A DNA stretch of 64,000 bases, from positions 32,001-96,000 of the IMG/VR virus record IMGVR_UViG_3300025929_000014; one strand, written 5' to 3'. The notes under the pieces are model-generated. The model did no database searches and was not told the DNA's origin. It worked only from the letters and a program-made list of their open reading frames with translations. The position numbers and the translations under genes were made by a program. Below, piece after piece: positions 56,278-64,000 of the stretch (positions are counted from its first letter, which is position 1; each line of letters begins with the position of its first letter). This stretch comes from a virus.

Positions 56278-56826
56278 CTATGTCGTGGGAATACTGTAAA
56301 TGATGTCGCCGGGCTTGCGCGCTTCGAGGGCCACCGTCCAGACAATGGTCTCCCCCCAGACCTGGGCCGGCGCGAGGTGATCGGCGACCACGCAGCGCGA
56401 GCCGTCCGGGCGAATAATTACGTCGAACTTCTTGAGGCTGTAGGGGGGCTGGTAAATCAGCACCGGTCCCTCATAGTTAATGGCGCCGTAATCCTTCAGC
56501 TCGCTGCTGGTCGGCTTATCGTTGATGCCGCAGAGCAGTGTCTGGGGCGCCATATAGCCCAGGCGCGTGAGGCTGGTGGCCGGATCGGGGGCTTGCCAGC
56601 CGACGCCGAAGCTGCCATCGGAGAGTCCGGTCACCTGCTTACGAATGGGATCCCAGGACGGTGTATGCGTGGCGCCGGGTGTGAACTGGTTGATGGCGGG
56701 AAGCTGAAGGCATTGCTCGTTATAGCCTCTGAGTACCCAGCCCATCCAGAACGCGCCGAAGACGCGCGCCAGGGGATGCGCGAGCTTTGGATACTGCAGC
56801 TGGCCGCCGAGAACGGGACTGGACAT
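56278..56826 (-). CDS. head closure/neck protein
   Basis: position and size. Confidence 0.55.
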   Translation of the reverse strand: MSSPVLGGQLQYPKLAHPLARVFGAFWMGWVLRGYNEQCLQLPAINQFTPGATHTPSWDPIRKQVTGLSDGSFGVGWQAPDPATSLTRLGYMAPQTLLCGINDKPTSSELKDYGAINYEGPVLIYQPPYSLKKFDVIIRPDGSRCVVADHLAPAQVWGETIVWTVALEARKPGDIIYSIPTT

Positions 56827-56829
56827 CGC

Positions 56830-58455
56830 TTAATGCACCGGGTAGGGACGATTGGGGCCGGGCAACACGGTGGGCACCGGTGTGGGGATGGGCGTCGGCG
56901 TCGGCGGCGTCTGCAGCACCAGCACCGCGCCTGCCGTCGTGCCCAGGGCGATGGTCGCTCCCTGCGCTGAGCCGTAGAGATCGTTATATGAGCCTGCCGG
57001 CAGCGTCACTGTATAGCTCACCGTCGAGCTGGGATTGGCGAAGACAATGCCATTGGTGAACACCCGCTCGTAGATCGTCCCGGCTGGAGAGACGTTCGTG
57101 TACGGCACATACCGGCCGATGGGTGTGCCCAGGTTCGCGCTGTACTCCGTGAAGTTGCTGCTCCCCCAGATGCAGCTGTACTGCTGTATCCCGCCTTCCC
57201 AGAAATAGGTGGAGCTATTCTCGATGAGCAACGTATTGGCGAGCGCCCATTGTGTTTCGGCGTGCGTGATGGTCGGCAGGGTACAGCCGCTGAACGCCCC
57301 TGGCTCCTCGTTGGAAGAGAGCAGCGCGTGCCAGGTCGAGCTATGGAGCCAACCGTCGAGGAAGGTCCACATGGTAGTGAGATTCGAGTCTACGATCTGC
57401 GGCAGACAATTCGCGCCGCACGCCGTGAAGCCGTTTTCCATGAAGTCAATGGGTATCTGGTTTAACAGCGTTTGTGAATCGGTCACGTAGCTCGGATTAT
57501 AGGTGAAGTTATAGGAGACCAGGGCTGCGGGGAAGTTCGTATGCAGCCACGCGGTATACGCCGTTGCCATGGCGATTTCCGTTGCCCGATAATTCGGGTC
57601 GTTGTTGACCGCCAGGTACTGATCGCAAAAACCCTCAATCGGGTGCCAGGTCCAGCTGGCATTGTTTTGACAGCGCTGCTGCGCGGCCACAGCGTTTGGC
57701 CCGGTGGCATAATAGCCGCAGCGCTGACCCGTATACGCGCCGTCGTTCGCCACCTGATAGTTGTCGAAGCTGATGCCATCGAACTTAAAGCCGACCATGG
57801 ACTTGCCGTCCACATTGCCCACCAATGTGCCGGTAAGGGCAGGCTTGAGCCACGTCTGCTCGATGTAGTTCTGGACGGCAGGATTGGCGCCGTCCAGCGG
57901 CATTTTCGGGTCGTTGCTGAACTCCCAGGCGACATCTTGCCCCGGCAAATTGGCGCCCCCACTGGGGGCAAACAATCCACTGGTAGCGGTGGCAAAGGTC
58001 ACATTATCGCCGATAGTGGCGCAGGTGAAACCGGATTGGCTGGCCGTGATCTCGATCCAATCGGGATGATTGGCGACATACCAGGAAAGTGGCTGCGCCG
58101 CCGTGAAGTTACCGCCAGTAAACGCCTGATCCCGGTCGCCTTCCTGGTAGAACAACCTGGAAATGGTACTCGTGGCTTGCGGGAAAACGCTCGAAAACAC
58201 CAGCTGGACATTCGGCGTGGTGGAGAGTTCGGTGGAGGGCGTGGCGTTTCCTGAGCCTGGTGTCTCATACGGCTCGAAGAGCGCGATAGCCCCCTGTGCA
58301 GTGGAATCGCCCGGCAGCACAATGCCGGCGAAATGGCCGGCTGGCGGTGTGCTGGCGTGGAGTGGGAGGATGGTCACCAGCACCAGGGCGAGTGCCATCA
58401 GCCCATGCACGATGGAATGGATAGTGGTAGATCGCGAGAGAGAAGGAACAGTCAC
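56830..58455 (-). CDS. putative TIM-barrel glycoside hydrolase with signal-like leader
   Basis: NHPDW, FDGISFDN, MENGF, YERVFTNGIVFANP; PT-rich tail. Confidence 0.7.
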   Translation of the reverse strand: MTVPSLSRSTTIHSIVHGLMALALVLVTILPLHASTPPAGHFAGIVLPGDSTAQGAIALFEPYETPGSGNATPSTELSTTPNVQLVFSSVFPQATSTISRLFYQEGDRDQAFTGGNFTAAQPLSWYVANHPDWIEITASQSGFTCATIGDNVTFATATSGLFAPSGGANLPGQDVAWEFSNDPKMPLDGANPAVQNYIEQTWLKPALTGTLVGNVDGKSMVGFKFDGISFDNYQVANDGAYTGQRCGYYATGPNAVAAQQRCQNNASWTWHPIEGFCDQYLAVNNDPNYRATEIAMATAYTAWLHTNFPAALVSYNFTYNPSYVTDSQTLLNQIPIDFMENGFTACGANCLPQIVDSNLTTMWTFLDGWLHSSTWHALLSSNEEPGAFSGCTLPTITHAETQWALANTLLIENSSTYFWEGGIQQYSCIWGSSNFTEYSANLGTPIGRYVPYTNVSPAGTIYERVFTNGIVFANPSSTVSYTVTLPAGSYNDLYGSAQGATIALGTTAGAVLVLQTPPTPTPIPTPVPTVLPGPNRPYPVH

Positions 58456-59175
58456 TTATGTCACCTGCGTGCGTAAGCTAAGTGGGCCGTTAGTAGTCCA
58501 GGCTGAAGTACCATTGATAGTCCCGTTCAGCGCCAGCGAACCGGTGCCGTGCGCGGTGGTCAGCGTGCCTTCTTGCAGGCTCCAGCGCAGCAGCATGTTC
58601 GTGGATTCCAGGCCGGAGTTGCCGGTGAGGCACCATGCTTTCATCTGGCTATCGTTGAGGCGTGTGTTATAGACGCGCACATCCGCGATCTGGCCCCAGT
58701 ACCACTGGGCGGTCACGCCTGCGTTTTGACGCGCGCCCACGAAGAGCGCCAGGCTCGTCGCCACGATAGTGGGCATGGCCGTCAGCAGCGGCCCATACGG
58801 ACTACCGTTGAGGTAGACCTGCGCATTTCCAGAAGCATCGTTGCCGACGGCGATGTGATTCCAGGTGCCCTGCACCAGGTCTCCCAGCGCCCCCACCTCT
58901 TGGTGGGTGCTTTGTGTGCGCCAGGAGATCGCTTTCCCGGTGCCGCTGAAGAGCTGCAGCGTCCAGCCGTTGGTGCCGTCGCCATGATCGATGAGGCCAT
59001 AGACCTGGCCGCTGACCTGGGCGTGGGCCAGGTTAAACCAGCCGCCCACGCTCACCGCTGTGGGGGCGAGGGCGGATGACGCGGCGCTGGTAATATCGCA
59101 AGTCGCGCCATCGGTTAACAGGGCGATGGGCAGGTTCTGCGCCATAAAGCGCGAGCCGGAAGCTGAGCGGGGCAT
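58456..59175 (-). CDS. LamG/concanavalin A-like lectin domain protein
   Basis: WNHIAV...VYLNG...GQIADVRVYN. Confidence 0.85.
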   Translation of the reverse strand: MPRSASGSRFMAQNLPIALLTDGATCDITSAASSALAPTAVSVGGWFNLAHAQVSGQVYGLIDHGDGTNGWTLQLFSGTGKAISWRTQSTHQEVGALGDLVQGTWNHIAVGNDASGNAQVYLNGSPYGPLLTAMPTIVATSLALFVGARQNAGVTAQWYWGQIADVRVYNTRLNDSQMKAWCLTGNSGLESTNMLLRWSLQEGTLTTAHGTGSLALNGTINGTSAWTTNGPLSLRTQVT

Positions 59176-59184
59176 CGTTACCTC

Positions 59185-61854
59185 CTAGCGCCCAAAGACG
59201 GTGATGTCGGGGGTAGTCCATGTAACGCTCGCGCCCAGCGTGAGTGCCATGGTGATGCCGGTGGCAAATTGACAGTGAACCGGTATGGAAAAGGGCTGGG
59301 CGACGGCCGCCTGCGCACCGTTCGGGAGCGAGTAGATGGCTACCACCTGGCCGGAGGCTGCGATGTTGTCATAGACCGTCAGCGTGGTAAAGCCGGTGGT
59401 GCCGCCACTTGCCGTACAGAGATTGTTGATGCTGATGTAGTCCACGTAGCCAGGGGATGCCTTGACGAAGGCAGTACCGGTGGCCACGATCCGCCCCAGG
59501 TAGGTATAGCGCTGCTCAACAACCTGCTTGTTGTTGATAATGTCCTCGCCGGCCAGGAGGCCGAGCAAGTTGACGCCCTGACGGCTGCCCGCGCCGAAGC
59601 TGGCCCGAATGGTCACTGGCACAGAGTCGCTACCGGAGACAGTCATCACCACCTTGATGGCATAGACGCCCCTGGTTTCCGCGCGCCAGAGTTGCTGGCC
59701 CGGTCCAGTCGCCTGGAGTGCCCAGGTATGCAGGCCGACATCGACCCGCTCCATGTAGAACGGATACCAAAAACCACTAATATCCGTCTGGGCGAAGAAG
59801 CTGAGGCTCGATCCGCTGGTGAATGTACCGGCAGTGGTATCGAGCGCTACATCCACGCTGGATTCGCCCAGGCCCAGGAACGTCGCTGCTGCTCCTGCAC
59901 CCGGTGTGGCGCCATTGAAGGTGGAGTACAACGTGGTCGTGCCGGTGGCCAGTGTCTGGCGGATGATCGCGTTATCCGTCGCGGCCGCCACATTGGCCAG
60001 CACCTTCAAGTTGCCGCTGGCGTCCGCCTGCAGATCGACCCGCTGGCCATTGGTAGGAGCCGGCGCAGTAGTGTTGAAGACGGCGCCTACCTTGACCGGA
60101 GACCCGGAATCGGTCGCCAGGGAGGCCACGTTGCCGACCATACGCACATTGCGGTTGGCGTCAATACCAATGGCTGCTGCCGTCCCCGTCGTGATCGTGT
60201 CGGGGGTCGTTTGATAGAGGCCCGCGACCGGCGTATCGTTGGTCGTGCCGGTGGTAAACGCCCCTTTATCGGTCAGCGATGTACCACCCGCTGCGGCCCC
60301 ACTCTTGATATTCACGTCGATAGCGGCGCCGGTGGAGGTGATGGCCGTGCCGGTGCCGTCGGTGAGGCCCACCTTGGCGATGCCGCTTGCAGCTGTGGCG
60401 ACGGCCGCGCCATTGATCTGCGTATGGTTCACGCCGACGGTCGTACCGGAGGCATCCACGCGCAGCAGACCGGCTGTGGTCATGCTCAGCGGATTGGTGT
60501 TACCCGTCACATAGGTCGGGGCTGCGGTAGTGACAGCTGCCTGAGCAAGCGGCCCCTTTTCGCCGGCCGTTGTGGATGCCTGGGCAACCAGCAGGCCGTT
60601 GACGCTGGTATCTGCCGCAGCGCCTGATGGGAGGGGCAGGGCGGCGACACTCACCGGCTGCGTCACGGCTGAGCCGTCAATGCGCAGGGCGCCGGCCGTC
60701 GTGAGCGAGAGCGGATTGGTATTGCCGGTAACATAGGTCGGCGCGGCTGTGGTGACCGCTCCTTGATGCAGCGAACCTTTCTGGCCCGAAGTGGTAGATG
60801 CCTGGGAGAGGAGCAAACCGTTGACGCTGGTATCCAATGCCAGCGAGCCTGCCGTGCCGATATTGGCGGTGACCGCGCCGGAGATCGGCTGCGTGACGCC
60901 GGAGCCATCGGTCTTGAGGGCAGTCATGGAAGCGATACCCTGGACAGAAAGCACATCAGCGCTCGCCGTGCCTGCGGTGCCCAGTGCCGGCTGCTTGGCG
61001 GCCGTCGAGGCGCCTGCAGGAAGCGGCAAGGACGCCGCGCTGACCGGTTGCGTGACGCCGGAGCCATCGGTGCGCAAGGCGCCGGCTGTGGTCAGCGAGA
61101 TGGGATTGGTGGTAGCAGTCGTATAGGTGGGAGCGCCGGTCGTGGTCGCGCCCTGCGCGAGCGGACCCTTTTCGCCGGCCGTTGTGGATGCCTGCGCGAC
61201 GAGGAGACCATTGACACTGGTGTCGGCTGCGGCGCCGGTGGGCAGGGGTAGACTGGCGGCGCTGACGGGCTGCGTCGTGGCGGATCCATCGGTCTTGAGG
61301 GCCGTCATCGACGCGATACCCTGCACGGAGAGGACATCGGCGCTGGCAGCGCCGGCCGTGCCCAAAGCGGGCTGCTTGGCCGCGCTGGCGGCACCTGTCG
61401 GGAGCGGTAGGCTGGCTGCGCTGACCGGCTGGGTGACGGCGCTGCCGTCTACTTTGGCGGCACCGCCTGCGGACACCGCCATCTCATTGGCGCCGTTATA
61501 GACGGCCGTGCGCAGGTTCTTATTGGTCAGCGACTCCAGCAGCAGAGGCTGCAGGTTGGCGCCGTCTGAGGCACCCATGAATGTGGCGCTGGCCGGCGCT
61601 GCCGTGCCGGTGGTGGAGACGCTGGCGTTGCCGCCTGTGCCGCCTGCGGCCACGTTAACCAGTAGGTTGCCGCTGCTATCCAGGCCCAATGGGTGCAAGA
61701 TATTCGAGGGATTCTTGGCGACGGCGACGGTGCCGGTGGGTGTAGTCTGCGTGGTGCCGTCGGAATACTGGGTGCCGGAGCCGGAGGCCACATAGGGCAA
61801 GCCCGAATTGGGATCAATCAGCTCGACGCCGAGAATGTTAGGGGATGCGCTCAT
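59185..61854 (-). CDS. long repeat fibre protein (neck/collar whisker-like)
   Basis: tandem DGS.VTQPVS modules. Confidence 0.75.
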   Translation of the reverse strand: MSASPNILGVELIDPNSGLPYVASGSGTQYSDGTTQTTPTGTVAVAKNPSNILHPLGLDSSGNLLVNVAAGGTGGNASVSTTGTAAPASATFMGASDGANLQPLLLESLTNKNLRTAVYNGANEMAVSAGGAAKVDGSAVTQPVSAASLPLPTGAASAAKQPALGTAGAASADVLSVQGIASMTALKTDGSATTQPVSAASLPLPTGAAADTSVNGLLVAQASTTAGEKGPLAQGATTTGAPTYTTATTNPISLTTAGALRTDGSGVTQPVSAASLPLPAGASTAAKQPALGTAGTASADVLSVQGIASMTALKTDGSGVTQPISGAVTANIGTAGSLALDTSVNGLLLSQASTTSGQKGSLHQGAVTTAAPTYVTGNTNPLSLTTAGALRIDGSAVTQPVSVAALPLPSGAAADTSVNGLLVAQASTTAGEKGPLAQAAVTTAAPTYVTGNTNPLSMTTAGLLRVDASGTTVGVNHTQINGAAVATAASGIAKVGLTDGTGTAITSTGAAIDVNIKSGAAAGGTSLTDKGAFTTGTTNDTPVAGLYQTTPDTITTGTAAAIGIDANRNVRMVGNVASLATDSGSPVKVGAVFNTTAPAPTNGQRVDLQADASGNLKVLANVAAATDNAIIRQTLATGTTTLYSTFNGATPGAGAAATFLGLGESSVDVALDTTAGTFTSGSSLSFFAQTDISGFWYPFYMERVDVGLHTWALQATGPGQQLWRAETRGVYAIKVVMTVSGSDSVPVTIRASFGAGSRQGVNLLGLLAGEDIINNKQVVEQRYTYLGRIVATGTAFVKASPGYVDYISINNLCTASGGTTGFTTLTVYDNIAASGQVVAIYSLPNGAQAAVAQPFSIPVHCQFATGITMALTLGASVTWTTPDITVFGR

Positions 61855-61863
61855 ACGGGGCTC

Positions 61864-62496
61864 CTACGCGTCGCCTGGGGCGACGTATGGCTGCAGGATC
61901 TGCTCGGCCATGTCGAAATAGATGCTGCGTTTGCCGAGCGAGAGACTATTGGATCCCCCCTCAGCAGAGACGGAGATAGAGGTGGCGCCGGCTGGGTTGA
62001 TATCGAACATCAAGAGGCCCTGCACGATGAGGGAGGTTGCCAGTTTGATGTCGTCGGGAATCGGGTTGTAGCCGGCAGTATAGGTGTAGGTCATGGTGAC
62101 GGGCGGCCCGTAGCGATTGATGTAGCCGGGCACGCCGAAGCCGTTGCCGGGCAGGCCCTGGCCGGTCCAGTAAAAGAAGCGGGCGGGCGGGCGGTCCACA
62201 TCGACCAGCGTGGGATCCAGGATGATGGGCGGGTTGGTGGAGTCGCGATACTGATAGGAGAGTGCGGAGACCGAGACGATGGGCCACTGCCGCGCATGCC
62301 CGACGATCTCGCCGTGCTTGTTGACGATCATCTGTGCCGACTCGGTGTAGCTCTGCAGCGTGAAGGTGCGGCGCGTGAAGTTATCCACGTAGGCGCTGGC
62401 CATACGGACAAGCCGGGTGACCTGGGTGTTGGAGACGGCCGCATTGGAGACGGGGAAGAGGCCGGCGACATCGAGCGCGTCGCAGTATAGGCTCAT
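61864..62496 (-). CDS. head-tail adaptor
   Basis: ASAYVDNFTRRTF...YTAGY..IPDDIKLA. Confidence 0.85.
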   Translation of the reverse strand: MSLYCDALDVAGLFPVSNAAVSNTQVTRLVRMASAYVDNFTRRTFTLQSYTESAQMIVNKHGEIVGHARQWPIVSVSALSYQYRDSTNPPIILDPTLVDVDRPPARFFYWTGQGLPGNGFGVPGYINRYGPPVTMTYTYTAGYNPIPDDIKLATSLIVQGLLMFDINPAGATSISVSAEGGSNSLSLGKRSIYFDMAEQILQPYVAPGDA

Positions 62497-62699
62497 TAGG
62501 TAGTGGGAGCGGGTTTGGGCAGCTCAAAGCCGCCAAAGAGACGCCGGCTGGAGGCTACCACGCGGCTCTTCTTGAGCGCCTCTGCGGTGGTGGAGGGAAT
62601 GGTCACCTCGCCGTTCTTATCGGCCGCGTAGTTCTTGTTGCCGAAGGACGTAACGCCGGTGCAGTTGGGCAGTTGGATCTGGACCTTCTCGTAGGTCAT
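62496..62699 (-). CDS. small virion protein
   Basis: start MTYEKV with GGAG RBS; TAATG coupling. Confidence 0.6.
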   Translation of the reverse strand: MTYEKVQIQLPNCTGVTSFGNKNYAADKNGEVTIPSTTAEALKKSRVVASSRRLFGGFELPKPAPTT

Positions 62700-62852
62700 G
62701 GGGGCGTTTCTCCGTAGGATTAGAGGGGGCCACAGGAGATGGAGGGAGCACACCTCCTGTGGGGGAGGAAGCGACGCGGGCGCAATCAGGTGGGAGGAGG
62801 AGGAGCCCCACGAGCGATCATCCGCGTCTAACACGGCGCCGCGCTATTGTTA

Positions 62853-62900
62853 AGTATACCACGTCCATATTGGCCTGTTTCATCCACGATGTGGTATGAT
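62853..62900. promoter_or_regulatory. back-to-back extended -10 promoters
   Basis: TGGTATACT on minus (62861-62853); TGGTATGAT on plus (62892-62900). Confidence 0.6.
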
Positions 62901-62919
62901 CATGGGGTGCGCAAGGGGA

Positions 62920-62994
62920 TGCTGATTGGTGTTCTGGGAACACAACCCGATATAAAGGGACGCCAGGTAGGTTCGATTCCTGCATCAGCAGCCA
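62920..62994 (+). tRNA. tRNA-like RNA 1, anticodon undetermined
   Basis: TGCTGAT/ATCAGCA acceptor, G-CCA, GTGT/ACAC D stem, GTAGG-TTCGATT-CCTGC; anticodon arm CCC-GATATAAA-GGG. Confidence 0.75.
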
Positions 62995-63021
62995 TGCGCG
63001 GCCGCACACCGCGCATGCACA

Positions 63022-63096
63022 GGATGGATAGCTCAGGGGTGAGAGCGCCGGATTCTAAACCGAAGGGCGCAGGTTCGAGTCCTGCTCCATTCGCCA
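63022..63096 (+). tRNA. tRNA-like RNA 2, loop readable as CTA (amber) or TCT (Arg)
   Basis: GGATGGA/TCCATTC acceptor, G-CCA, GCTC/GAGC, GCAGG-TTCGAGT-CCTGC; arm CGG-ATTCTAAA-CCG. Confidence 0.8.
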
Positions 63097-63198
63097 GTCT
63101 TGAGGCGGTGTGGTGTACGCTAACTAGGAATAAGGCACTGGGGAATGTCCTAGCATCTGGCCCCTAGCCTCGCAGGTTCGTATCCTGCCAAGACTGCA
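63096..63198 (+). tRNA. tRNA-like RNA 3, class II (Leu-like) body with 18-nt anticodon loop
   Basis: AGTCTTG/CAAGACT, GCG/CGC D stem, CTAGGA/TCCTAG, long variable region, GCAGG-TTCGTAT-CCTGC. Confidence 0.65.
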
Positions 63199-63202
63199 TA
63201 GA

Positions 63203-63239
63203 CAAAGAAGCCCGCATCACTACGATGCGGGCTTCTTTG
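63203..63239. terminator. probably bidirectional terminator
   Basis: perfect 16-bp stem CAAAGAAGCCCGCATC/GATGCGGGCTTCTTTG. Confidence 0.75.
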
Positions 63240-63253
63240 CGCGCTCAACATAG

Positions 63254-63394
63254 ACGCTGCCCGCTCATCGTTTGGTTGAGAGACCGCGTTATTGATGAGC
63301 GGGCAGCGTGCCGTAACCGGCAAGGTGGAGTATGGGCGTGCGGGGCGTACCTGTCACGTTCTACAGGGCATGCGTAATGCCCTGTAGAACGTGA
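63254..63394. repeat. two long perfect hairpins
   Basis: 16-bp stem 63254-63309; 18-bp stem 63354-63394. Confidence 0.8.
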
Positions 63395-63397
63395 TGC

Positions 63398-64000
63398 CTA
63401 TGAGATGCTGAAGCCCAGGAGGACAGCATTGATAAGCGGCAGGTAACAGAGCAGAGCCCCGTTATTGCGGATCTCCACCGGCCAGTTGGGGTCGGTTGGC
63501 GGATAGTCAAGTTCGAGATAGTCATAGACCCACTCGCTCGACCACACGCTCGGAATATCCGAGCCGGGATACCAGTTCGGCATCTTGCTGGAGAGCATGA
63601 CCATCACGCCCTGGGGCAGGGTCGGGTGGACGCGCACGTCGCACAGCGTACCGGTCACGCCGTTGGTCAGCCGGCTCACACGGAAGTTACCGACTGCCTG
63701 GTTCGGGGAGCCTTCCGGCTGCACGAAGAAGGGGGTAGAGGCCAGTGAGCGGTTGATGACCAGCGCCTCAGCCTGGTTGATCAGGATCATGTCCGGGTCG
63801 CCCTTGGCGGCACCCCACACCAGCCCGAAGGTGGTGTCGATGTCGCTCGGCGCCGACGCCGAACCCATGTACAGACCGAGCGGATTGCCCGACGTATTCA
63901 GGTTCAGATTCTTCTGGAACACGGTCGCGCCGGAGTTGGCGGCCAGCAACTGCTGGATGATGCCCGGATAGGCGCGCGAGTCGGACGAGGTGTTGCCGGA
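63398..64000 (-). CDS. major capsid protein, C-terminal part
   Basis: frame open to window edge; GDPDMILIN, VRVHPTLPQG; upstream of adaptor. Confidence 0.75.
   Translation of the reverse strand, partial: SGNTSSDSRAYPGIIQQLLAANSGATVFQKNLNLNTSGNPLGLYMGSASAPSDIDTTFGLVWGAAKGDPDMILINQAEALVINRSLASTPFFVQPEGSPNQAVGNFRVSRLTNGVTGTLCDVRVHPTLPQGVMVMLSSKMPNWYPGSDIPSVWSSEWVYDYLELDYPPTDPNWPVEIRNNGALLCYLPLINAVLLGFSIS

Noticed and set aside
59185-61854. Diversity-generating retroelement
   Set aside because: No reverse transcriptase in the window; repeats are in-frame protein modules with no evident adenine-specific variation
62847-63167. 106-aa plus-strand ORF over the RNA cassette
   Set aside because: No RBS or protein features; the region is explained by cloverleaf structures
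1-64000. Genome-wide TAG recoding suggested by the CTA-loop tRNA
   Set aside because: Large genes are uninterrupted in the standard code and TAG ends genes cleanly (e.g. 5660, 9732, 26610)

Overview
About 64 kb of a GC-rich tailed dsDNA phage genome with myovirus-type (contractile tail) morphogenesis genes. No integrase, terminase or portal is visible in the window. Three blocks: (1) 1-9030, minus strand: many small genes, an iteron/AT-rich replication origin, a PrimPol-SF3 helicase and a RuvC-like resolvase. (2) 9217-28796, plus strand: replication, recombination and nucleotide genes (beta-clamp-like, SNF2 helicase, Cas4/RecB-like nuclease, Sak4-like ATPase, SSB-like, dNMP kinase, HAD, UDG-PolA fusion, Rnl2-type RNA ligase, ThyX, adenine MTase), ending with an Acb2/Tad1-like sponge. 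(3) 28877-64000, minus strand: capsid C-terminus, neck with inserted fibre/lectin/glycosidase genes, sheath, tube, frameshifted chaperone, tape measure, baseplate, fibres, holin-like genes, endolysin, then a glycosidase and two proteases. The most unusual element is a self-contained antisense cassette (62850-63395) inside the late operon. It holds three tRNA-shaped RNAs with intact acceptor, D and T arms but aberrant anticodon arms, in a phage that also encodes an RNA ligase and a HAD phosphatase. All calls come from motif recognition by eye; no database searches were run.
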